Assembly: GCA_017627765.1 (NCBI GenBank)
Contig: JAGAGD010000095.1
Coordinates: forward strand, 252 to 64,251
Reading direction: 5' to 3'
DNA from: Prevotella sp.
Lineage (GTDB): Bacteria > Bacteroidota > Bacteroidia > Bacteroidales > Bacteroidaceae
Length of the DNA stretch: 64,000 bases
Both the position numbers and the translations under genes were made by a program. Below, piece by piece: positions 49,394 to 57,663 of this stretch; within the stretch, counting starts at the first letter, position 1; each line of letters opens with the position of its first letter. The notes beneath the pieces were generated by a model. That model worked only from the letters and a program-made list of their open reading frames with translations. It had not been told where the DNA came from and did not search any database.

Positions 49394-49424
49394 AGTGTAT
49401 GATTCTGGTATTATAATTCGGGTG

Positions 49425-49455
49425 CAAACTTACAACGATTTTTTGACACGACAAA
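49425..49455 (-). promoter_or_regulatory. Promoter of the glm operon
   Basis: TTTG, 19-nt spacer, TAAGTTTG on the minus strand, about 30 nt upstream of glmS. Confidence 0.72.
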
Positions 49456-50011
49456 AGTTATAGCAATATTTTTAATTAAAAATTAATTTTTTATGATTTA
49501 ATTTACCTCATATTTAATAATTAGAGCCTTTTTAGGCATGATAACGACTGAAATTGCTTACAATTTGTCAGTTGAGTTTTCTGGATTAAGCGCATTTAAT
49601 TGGGGATTTTGCTCATTTTCCAACAAAAGCTCAATGTTAGAGAACGTAAGTACAAAACGTATCGGGTTGACGAGTTAAAGCTAACGTTAACGAGAACTAT
49701 TTATTTATGCAAATGTATATAGAAAGAAAAATCCACCAAATTTCCAAAAACAATATAACGTTATTTAAACTTTCCAACTACTCAACTTGTTGGTTTATAA
49801 AGCGTTAAGATTACAAATTTTATGAAGTCAAGTCAGAATATCATGATATACAAAGTAGCATAATCACCTTTATAATCTTAAAGCGATATAGCCTGAAAAA
49901 CTTTAAGGTCTTACGAAAATGAAACATACGAAGGTTTAGCGACACTATTTATCTGAAACTTCTTCATATACAAGCAATAAATGAAAATTAAGATATAGAA
50001 ATTGCTTTCTA

Positions 50012-50043
50012 TTTGGTCAGTTCAGAAAAAAACAATACTTTTG
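50012..50043 (+). promoter_or_regulatory. Promoter of the fumarase gene
   Basis: TTTG, 20-nt spacer, TACTTTTG. Confidence 0.72.
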
Positions 50044-50183
50044 CAGATGTAAAATGGTTAATAGTGCATGATGCACGGTTCATAATCAACAGTTTACAAT
50101 GAATTGTTGTAAATCCACAAGATCATGAGCCTGAATAAAATTACTCGTCAATTCATTCAAATACAAAAACATACAAAATCATT

Positions 50184-51803
50184 ATGGCAAACACACCCGA
50201 ATTTAAGTATGCGCCAATGTTCCAAGTAGGAAAGGACGAGACCGAGTACTATCTTGTTTCAAAAGAAGGCGTTAGCGTAACCGAATTTGAAGGAAAGGAA
50301 ATCCTCAAGGTTACTCCAGAAGCTCTCACACGTCTGACAGAGCAGGCTTTTCATGATGTTTCTTTCATGCTTCGCCGCACCCACAACCAGCAGGTGGCTA
50401 ACATACTAAGCGACCCAGAGGCTTCCGACAACGACAAGTATGTGGCTCTGACCATGCTGCGCAATGCCGAAGTGGCTTGCAAAGGAAAACTGCCTGTATG
50501 TCAAGACACAGGTACGGCTATCATTCACGGAGAGAAAGGTCAGCGCGTATGGACTGACTTCTGCGACGAAGAGGCTCTCACACGCGGTGTCTACAATGTC
50601 TATACAACAGAGAACCTGCGCTACTCTCAGAATGCTCCGCTGACAATGTATGAAGAAGTCAACACACGCTGCAACCTGCCTGCACAGATTGACATCGAAG
50701 CAACTGAAGGCAACGAGTATCGTTTCCTCTTCATCGCTAAGGGCGGAGGCTCTGCTAACAAGACATACTTGTTCCAAGAGACAAAGGCTCTGCTCAACCC
50801 TAAGAAACTCATTCCTTTCATGGTAGAGAAAATGAAGACTCTCGGAACAGCAGCCTGTCCTCCTTACCACATTGCTTTTGTTGTCGGCGGAACAAGCGTA
50901 GAGCGCAACCTGCTTACCGTGAAACTGGCTTCAACCCACTTCTATGACTCACTCCCAACAACGGGTGACGAGACAGGACGCGCATTCCGCGACCTCGAAC
51001 TGGAGAAGATTCTCACCGAAGAGGCTTACAAGTTCGGACTCGGAGCACAATTCGGAGGCAAGTATATCTGCCACGACATCCGCGTAGTGCGTCTGCCACG
51101 CCACGGAGGTTCTTGCCCTGTAGGCATGGGCGTAAGCTGCTCTGCAGACCGCAACATCAAGGCTAAGATCAACAAAGACGGTCTGTGGCTCGAAAAGATG
51201 GACGACAAACCTTACGAACTCATACCAGAGGAACTGCGCAAAGCAGGCGAGGCTAATCCTATCCGCATCAACCTTGACCAACCTATTGAAGACGTATGCA
51301 AGGAACTTACAAAATATCCTGTTGCTACGCGCGTATTATTAAATGGTACTATCATCGTAGCCCGCGACATTGCACATGCTCGTCTGAAAGAGCGCATCGA
51401 CAAGGGCGAAGGTCTGCCAGAATACTTCAAGAAGCACCCAGTATACTATGCAGGTCCTGCAAAGACTCCAGAAGGAATGCCTTGCGGCTCTATGGGACCA
51501 ACCACTGCACAGCGCATGGACCCATACGTTGACGAATTCCAGGAGAACGGAGGTTCAATAGTAATGATTGCAAAGGGCAACCGCTCACAACAAGTAACCG
51601 ATGCCTGCAAGAAGCATGGAGGTTTCTATCTCGGTTCTATAGGTGGTCCTGCCGCAGTCTTGGCTCACGACAACATAAAGGCTATCGAGTGCGTAGAATA
51701 TCCAGAGCTCGGAATGGAAGCCATCTGGAAGATTCGCGTAGAAGATTTCCCTGCCTTCATCCTCGTAGACGACAAAGGCAACGACTTCTTCAAGCAGTTG
51801 TAA
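50184..51803 (+). CDS. fumA: Class I (Fe-S) fumarate hydratase, candidate mesaconase
   Basis: [38 protein letters not shown] and GPTTAQRM. Confidence 0.9.
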   Translation: MANTPEFKYAPMFQVGKDETEYYLVSKEGVSVTEFEGKEILKVTPEALTRLTEQAFHDVSFMLRRTHNQQVANILSDPEASDNDKYVALTMLRNAEVACKGKLPVCQDTGTAIIHGEKGQRVWTDFCDEEALTRGVYNVYTTENLRYSQNAPLTMYEEVNTRCNLPAQIDIEATEGNEYRFLFIAKGGGSANKTYLFQETKALLNPKKLIPFMVEKMKTLGTAACPPYHIAFVVGGTSVERNLLTVKLASTHFYDSLPTTGDETGRAFRDLELEKILTEEAYKFGLGAQFGGKYICHDIRVVRLPRHGGSCPVGMGVSCSADRNIKAKINKDGLWLEKMDDKPYELIPEELRKAGEANPIRINLDQPIEDVCKELTKYPVATRVLLNGTIIVARDIAHARLKERIDKGEGLPEYFKKHPVYYAGPAKTPEGMPCGSMGPTTAQRMDPYVDEFQENGGSIVMIAKGNRSQQVTDACKKHGGFYLGSIGGPAAVLAHDNIKAIECVEYPELGMEAIWKIRVEDFPAFILVDDKGNDFFKQL

Positions 51804-51856
51804 GACAACAAACTGCTGCTTCAGAACACTAAAGCAGCAGATTATTTAGCTACTCC

Positions 51857-51906
51857 AAAAATACCTTTACCTCAAAACAAAAAAAACGAGGTAAAGGTAT
51901 TTTTTT
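51857..51906 (+). terminator. Terminator after fumarase
   Basis: AAAAATACCTTTACCTC ... GAGGTAAAGGTATTTTTTT. Confidence 0.82.
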
Positions 51907-51937
51907 GCATCCTACATGCATTTTTTTTACAATTTTC

Positions 51938-51968
51938 TTTGGTGGTTCAGATAAAAGTTTTACTTTTG
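51938..51968 (+). promoter_or_regulatory. Promoter of the riboswitch-cit-acn-icd unit
   Basis: TTTG (51938-41), 19-nt spacer, TACTTTTG (51961-68), immediately before the aptamer. Confidence 0.78.
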
Positions 51969-51971
51969 CCC

Positions 51972-52176
51972 ACAGAATTTGGTTCTTACCAATAGCAGTA
52001 TGCTATGAAAGATTAAAAGGGAATCAGGTGAAAGACCTGAACAGTGCCCGCTGCTGTAATCTCATTTTTTCGACTACAAGCAAGCCACTATCACACCCGA
52101 TGGGAAGGTGTAGTTGATGAGAAAGTCAGAAGACCTGCCGATTCTGTTAAGCATTGATACTCCCGGGATTAGGAGT
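51972..52176 (+). ncRNA. Cobalamin riboswitch upstream of citD
   Basis: ACAGAAT/ATTCTGT closing stem; AAAAGGGAATCAGGTGAAAGACCTGAACAGTGCCCGCTGCTGTAA; GCCACT..GGGAAGG; AAGTCAGAAGACCTGCC; kissing-loop hairpin ACTCC-CGGGATTA-GGAGT (52159-76). Confidence 0.93.
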
Positions 52177-52415
52177 TGAAAAGTAACAATAACAAATAAT
52201 TTAATTAAGGGTAACTAATAATGCGGTGTCTATTCGCGGGAGCGTAAGACAGATGCGGGCAGAACATACATCATTGCGATGATATGTTTTGGCTATTTGC
52301 ATTATGTATGGTTACATAAAAACAGAGTTGGCTTTCGGCAGGTTTTGGCAACAAAGGTCCTTCACCCGTGTAAGCAAACTATATTAGAATAAACTTCATT
52401 AAAACAAATAATATT

Positions 52416-52694
52416 ATGGAAATGAAAACAGCATTTGCCGGAACACTTGAGTCTGGCGACATTCTTGTTCAGATTGCTCCTGCGGAAGAGGCAGGACTGC
52501 ACATTGACTTGGAAAGCACGGTTGCCTATCAGTTTGGCGACCAAATCAAGAAAGTAATCACTGAAACTCTCACCTCACTTGGAATTGACAAGGCTGAAAT
52601 CAAGGCTACAGACAAAGGCGCACTCGACTGCACCATACGTGCCCGCGTTACTGCTGCTGCCGTAAGAGCGACAGGCAAGGACGTTTGGAAATAG
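52416..52694 (+). CDS. citD: Citrate lyase acyl carrier protein (gamma)
   Basis: AGTLESGD (prosthetic-group Ser) and DKGALDCTIRAR. Confidence 0.93.
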   Translation: MEMKTAFAGTLESGDILVQIAPAEEAGLHIDLESTVAYQFGDQIKKVITETLTSLGIDKAEIKATDKGALDCTIRARVTAAAVRATGKDVWK

Positions 52695-52778
52695 TGCATA
52701 GCCTGATGCTACGGACTTGAATATCAGAGAACTAAGAAACCAAGAAAACTGAAATCAAAAAAAACAAAAATCATTAAT

Positions 52779-53669
52779 ATGCAAAGATTAAGAAGAACAA
52801 TGATGTTTGTGCCAGGCAATAATCCTGGCATGATGCAGGACGCTTTTATCTATGGCCCCGACTCTATAATGCTCGACCTTGAGGACTCAGTGACTATGGC
52901 TGAGAAAGACGCTGCCCGCCTACTTGTACATAACGCTCTGAAGACTATTGACTATGGCGACACTGAAATGGTTGTCAGAATCAATCCTCTCAACACTCCT
53001 TACGGGAAGAAAGACGTAGAAGCCGTAGTTAAGGCTGGAGTACACGTTATCCGTATGCCTAAGACAGAGACTGCTGAAGAGGTCCGCGAAGTAGAACGTG
53101 AGATTGAAAAGGTAGAAGAAGAATTAGGATGCGTAGGCAGAACAAAGATTATGGCTGCCATTGAGAGTACTCTCGGCATCGTCAATGCTTACGAAATTGC
53201 AATAGCATCAAAGCGAATGATGGGTATTGCTCTCGGCGCTGAAGACTATTGTGCAAACCTGAAGACTCAACGCACACCCGAGGGAACAGAACTTCTCTAT
53301 GCCCGCCAGCAGATTGTTGTTGCTGCGCGTGCCGCAGGCATCGATGCCCTCGACACGGTATATAGCAACCTGAACGATATGGAAACATTCCGCAAGGAAG
53401 TAGAACTCATAAAGACACTCGGCTTCGACGGCAAGTCTATCATCAACCCTCGTCAGATTGAGGTTGTCAACGAAGTGTTTGCACCAAAACAGAAAGACAT
53501 CGACAAGGCTATGGCTGTGGTTGCAGCCATAAAGGAAGCAGAGAAGCGTGGTTCGGGTGTGATTGCAGTCAACGGAAAGATGGTTGACCGACCAGTCGTA
53601 ATCCGTGCCCAGCGCACCATTGATTTAGCAATAGCATCTGGAGTATTAAAGAAGGAGGACGTAGAATAA
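52779..53669 (+). CDS. citE: Citrate lyase beta subunit (citryl-ACP lyase)
   Basis: RRTMMFVPG, DLEDSV, LGAEDY and GFDGKSIINPRQ. Confidence 0.92.
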   Translation: MQRLRRTMMFVPGNNPGMMQDAFIYGPDSIMLDLEDSVTMAEKDAARLLVHNALKTIDYGDTEMVVRINPLNTPYGKKDVEAVVKAGVHVIRMPKTETAEEVREVEREIEKVEEELGCVGRTKIMAAIESTLGIVNAYEIAIASKRMMGIALGAEDYCANLKTQRTPEGTELLYARQQIVVAARAAGIDALDTVYSNLNDMETFRKEVELIKTLGFDGKSIINPRQIEVVNEVFAPKQKDIDKAMAVVAAIKEAEKRGSGVIAVNGKMVDRPVVIRAQRTIDLAIASGVLKKEDVE

Positions 53670-55204
53670 TGAGTACTTTAAAAGAAAGACAACAACTCAT
53701 CAGCGCCGCAGCAGAGCGCATGGGTAAAGAAACATTCAAGGGAACTGCCGACAAAGTGGCAACTCCTCGTTCTGAATATCAGAAGGAAAGCACTAAGGTT
53801 GTAACATTAGAGGAAGCCATTCGCAAGAGCGGACTGAAGGACGGCATGACTATTTCGTTCCATCACCACTTCCGCAGCGGCGACAAAGTTATCAACATGG
53901 TTGTTGCTAAACTTGCCGAGATGGGATTTAAGAATCTGCATCTTGCTTCTTCAAGCCTCATCGATGTTCACGAACCACTGATTGAGCATATCCGCAACGG
54001 TGTCATTACAAAGATTTCTACCAGCGGACTTCGCGGTAAACTTGCAGCAGAGGTTTCTCATGGACTCATGGAAGAGCCTGTTGTTTTCCGTTCTCACGGT
54101 TCTCGCGGTGCTGCCATTGCCAACGGCGACCTGCACATTGATGTTGCTTTTCTCGGTGCATCATCTTCCGACCCATTAGGAAATGCCTGCGGATATTCTC
54201 GTTCTGAGAATGCCAAGTCTATCTGCGGTTCACTGGGCTATGCACTTCCTGACGCACAGTATGCCGACAAGGTTGTAATACTGACAGACGACTTAGTGAA
54301 ATATCCTAACACACCTAATTCCATATCAGAGCGCAATGTTGACTTCGTTGTTGAAGTTGAATCAGTAGGCGACTCTTCTAAGATTGCATCAGGTGCTATC
54401 CGCGACACAAAGAATCCTCGCGACATTCTGCTTGCTCAGCAGGCTGCCAAAGTGATTATCAACAGCGGATACTTCAAGGAAGGCTTCTCTATACAGACTG
54501 GTTCGGGCGGTGCTTCGCTTGCAGCAGTCAAGTTCATTCGTGAGGAAATGATAAAGCAGGGCATCCACGCTTCGTTTGCTCTCGGCGGCATCACTGCCCA
54601 CATGGTGAAGATGCACGAGGAAGGCCTCATAGAACGGCTCATCGATGTTCAGTCATTCGACAAAGTTGCAGCCGAGTCTATGAAGAGCGACCCTATGCAC
54701 CAGGAGGTTTCTTCATGCGAATATGCAAGTGCAGAAGAACAAGGTTCTGCCACTCACTATCTCGACATGGTAATACTCTCAGCTCTTGAGGTTGATGTCA
54801 ACTTCAATGTAAACGTGCTTGTTGGCAGCGATGGCATTATTAGAGGTGCAATAGGCGGACACCCCGACACAGCTGCCGACTCTGCACTGTCTATCATTGT
54901 CTGCCCTCTGCTTCGCGGTCGCATTCCTTGCATCGTAGACGAAGTTACAACTCTCATAACTCCAGGTTCTACTATCGACGTTGTAGTAACTGAATATGGC
55001 ATTGCTGTAAATCCGAAACGTCCTGAGATAGCAGAGCGACTGAAGAATGCAGGACTGAAACTCGTCACACTGCAAGAACTGAAAGAACGTGCTGAAAAGA
55101 TTATCGGCAAACCTGCCCCACTGCCATTCGGCGACAAAGTTGTAGGCGTTGTAATGAACCGCGATGGCAGCGTACAGGATGTAATTAAGAATATTGTCGG
55201 CTAA
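53669..55204 (+). CDS. citF: Citrate lyase alpha subunit (ACP transferase)
   Basis: TISFHHHFRSGD, SHGSR, GSLGYA, QTGSGGASLA and GGHPDTA. Confidence 0.94.
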   Translation: MSTLKERQQLISAAAERMGKETFKGTADKVATPRSEYQKESTKVVTLEEAIRKSGLKDGMTISFHHHFRSGDKVINMVVAKLAEMGFKNLHLASSSLIDVHEPLIEHIRNGVITKISTSGLRGKLAAEVSHGLMEEPVVFRSHGSRGAAIANGDLHIDVAFLGASSSDPLGNACGYSRSENAKSICGSLGYALPDAQYADKVVILTDDLVKYPNTPNSISERNVDFVVEVESVGDSSKIASGAIRDTKNPRDILLAQQAAKVIINSGYFKEGFSIQTGSGGASLAAVKFIREEMIKQGIHASFALGGITAHMVKMHEEGLIERLIDVQSFDKVAAESMKSDPMHQEVSSCEYASAEEQGSATHYLDMVILSALEVDVNFNVNVLVGSDGIIRGAIGGHPDTAADSALSIIVCPLLRGRIPCIVDEVTTLITPGSTIDVVVTEYGIAVNPKRPEIAERLKNAGLKLVTLQELKERAEKIIGKPAPLPFGDKVVGVVMNRDGSVQDVIKNIVG

Positions 55205-55240
55205 GACATTAGATAATAACAAAGTATATTATTAGTTAGT

Positions 55241-55759
55241 ATGTTTATGGAGATTACGCTTGACCAACTCCTGCATAGTCGCGATGAGCGACACCTTCGT
55301 CAGCAACAACTTCTCAATGAAGCTAAAGGCAAATCGTTGGTGTGCCTCACTGTGATTATGCCAGGAAAGGTTAAGCGTAATTCTTTGTCGCTCACTGTGG
55401 CTCATGCTGCGGTTGATGCAATCAGAAAGTCTTTTGCTCCGTCTATTACTTATTCAGAAGAACGCGACTTGCCTACAGGCTACGAGGCATACTTCATTGT
55501 TGACACCGACGAGAAGCAAGCTAAACAGACCGTATGCAGCATAGAAGAAGAGCACTTGCTTGGCCGCCTCTTTGATGTTGATGTCATAAAGCAAGACGGA
55601 GTTCCTATGTCGCGCACCGAATTAGGTCTGCCTCAGCGCCGATGCCTTCTCTGCAACAACGAGGCACGCTACTGCATGAGAAACCGAACTCACTCGCAAG
55701 CCGAGCTGCAAGCCGAGATAGAACGTCTTGTTGATGAATATCGCAGGCATAATAACTGA
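55241..55759 (+). CDS. citX: Apo-citrate lyase phosphoribosyl-dephospho-CoA transferase
   Basis: LLHSRDER, MPGKVK, LGRLFDVDV and RRCLLC...C.R.RTH. Confidence 0.9.
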   Translation: MFMEITLDQLLHSRDERHLRQQQLLNEAKGKSLVCLTVIMPGKVKRNSLSLTVAHAAVDAIRKSFAPSITYSEERDLPTGYEAYFIVDTDEKQAKQTVCSIEEEHLLGRLFDVDVIKQDGVPMSRTELGLPQRRCLLCNNEARYCMRNRTHSQAELQAEIERLVDEYRRHNN

Positions 55760-55790
55760 TATAAACAAAGAAAAAAGCAGAAATAAACCG

Positions 55791-57581
55791 ATGTACACTG
55801 ATTACGAAATACGCCAGATGCCACTTTCGGTTGGTCGCTATCGAAGACTTGTCGAAGAGTTTCTCGCAAAGAACCATTTGCGCATGGCAACTGACATGGA
55901 CTACTATGCCGCAGTTTTCCGTCGCGACGACGACGAGATTCTGGCTGGCGGAGGTCTGGCTGGCAACGTAATCAAGTGTATTGCCGTAGGAGAAGACATG
56001 CGCGAGGAAGGTTTCAGCAGCCGCCTCATCTCTCATCTTGTTAGTCAGGCTGTTAGCTTCGGGCACAACTCGGTGAAGGTTTTCACCAAACCTGAGAACA
56101 AGCAGATTTTCGAGAGCATGGCGTTTGTCACTCTTGCTGCATCAGAAAAAGCCATACTGATGGAAAACGGGCAACAAGGATTGTCGGTTTATGTCAAATA
56201 TTTGCAGCAAATCTATAAAGAAACAATATCCGACAACAATTCTGTCTGCGGCGTTATCGTAATGAATGCCAATCCGTTTACACTCGGTCATCGCTATCTG
56301 ATTGAGCAGGCTGCAAAACAAGTTGACTGTCTTTTCATCATTGCTGTCAAGGAAGACATTTCAGATTTCAGTTACTCTGAACGACTGCGGATGATAACCG
56401 ACGGATGTAGCGACATCGGCAACGTCAGCGTATGCGAGGGCAGCGACTATCAGATTTCCCAATCTACCTTTCCTACATATTTTCTAAAGAAACTTGACGA
56501 TGCAACCGACACGCATATCTCGCTCGACCTGCAACTTTTCTGCCAGCACATTGCTCCTGCACTGAATGCTACAATACGCTTTGTCGGCACCGAACCTACA
56601 GACAATCTGACCCGACGCTACAACGAACTGATGAAAAAACAACTGCCAGAACACGGAATAGAAGTCAAGGAAATAAACCGACTGACTACCGACATGACAG
56701 TAAGTGCATCGCTTGTCAGAAAACATATTGAAGAAAACAAACTACATAAAGCATCAAAATACGTTCCTTCCACTACCCTCCCCTTTCTTGTTTCCCATCT
56801 TGCTGTAAATGCTTTATATGCCGAACTTGACGCAACTCCAAAGCCAGGTCTTGTAGACCGACACGACAATGGTGCCCATCATGACATGGACTATGAAGTC
56901 ATGAAGCGCAGCATTGAAGCACTGCGACCAAGCTTCACACGACTTGCAATAGCAGGATTTTGCGGAAGCAGACCTACCACTGACGAGATTCGTACTATCG
57001 GAATAGAGGCAGAAAAAGCCATGCTCGTTGCTACTCGCGGTGTCAACACCCACAAAGGCGCACTCTTTGCAATGGGGCTGACAATAGTAGCAGCATCTCA
57101 TATATTATATATATTAGATAGTCAAAAACTCACTGCCGCAGAATTGCAACACGAAATAAAGCAGCTTGCTGCATCGTTTCCTTCAGCCGAAGGCACTCAT
57201 GGCGCTAACGTCAGTCTCAAGCATCCAAAGGTTGTCGGAGCACTTGCAATAGCAAAAGGCGGCTACAGCCAACTTTTCGAGTGCTGGTTGCCATATTTCA
57301 GGCAGAACAAAGACGATAACGACATTGCCCTTCGCACACTTTTGCTCATAATGTCGCAAATAGACGACACCAACATATACCATCGTAGAGGTGAAATAAT
57401 AGCCGAACAAGTGAAGAAGAAAGCGAAGGAAATCTTCGACAACTTCAGTACAGAGGCCCTCTGCGAGATGAACCGTCACTTCATCAGTGAGAACATTTCG
57501 CCAGGAGGAGCCGCCGACATGCTGGCTCTCACCATCTTCATCGATGCCATAACCACCAGCGAGGAGAGCAGGAACACATAA
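55791..57581 (+). CDS. citCG: Fused [citrate lyase] ligase CitC and triphosphoribosyl-dephospho-CoA synthase CitG
   Basis: GNAT domain plus VMNANPFTLGHRYL, STFPTYF, RFVGTEP and VSASLVR (CitC), then TPKPGLVD, GVNTHKGALF and SPGGAADML (CitG). Probable start at ATG 55791. Confidence 0.9.
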   Translation: MYTDYEIRQMPLSVGRYRRLVEEFLAKNHLRMATDMDYYAAVFRRDDDEILAGGGLAGNVIKCIAVGEDMREEGFSSRLISHLVSQAVSFGHNSVKVFTKPENKQIFESMAFVTLAASEKAILMENGQQGLSVYVKYLQQIYKETISDNNSVCGVIVMNANPFTLGHRYLIEQAAKQVDCLFIIAVKEDISDFSYSERLRMITDGCSDIGNVSVCEGSDYQISQSTFPTYFLKKLDDATDTHISLDLQLFCQHIAPALNATIRFVGTEPTDNLTRRYNELMKKQLPEHGIEVKEINRLTTDMTVSASLVRKHIEENKLHKASKYVPSTTLPFLVSHLAVNALYAELDATPKPGLVDRHDNGAHHDMDYEVMKRSIEALRPSFTRLAIAGFCGSRPTTDEIRTIGIEAEKAMLVATRGVNTHKGALFAMGLTIVAASHILYILDSQKLTAAELQHEIKQLAASFPSAEGTHGANVSLKHPKVVGALAIAKGGYSQLFECWLPYFRQNKDDNDIALRTLLLIMSQIDDTNIYHRRGEIIAEQVKKKAKEIFDNFSTEALCEMNRHFISENISPGGAADMLALTIFIDAITTSEESRNT

Positions 57582-57663
57582 CATTTCAGTTCTCTGCAAA
57601 ACAAATAATAATAACAAAAACCATTCAGATACAAATAACATTAACAACCTTAAAAAAACGATT

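Noticed and set aside
49456-50010. Hidden gene or riboswitch in the glmS-fumarase intergenic region
   Set aside because: AT-rich, with no convincing ORF or B12-box. Only promoter boxes and short palindromes were seen.
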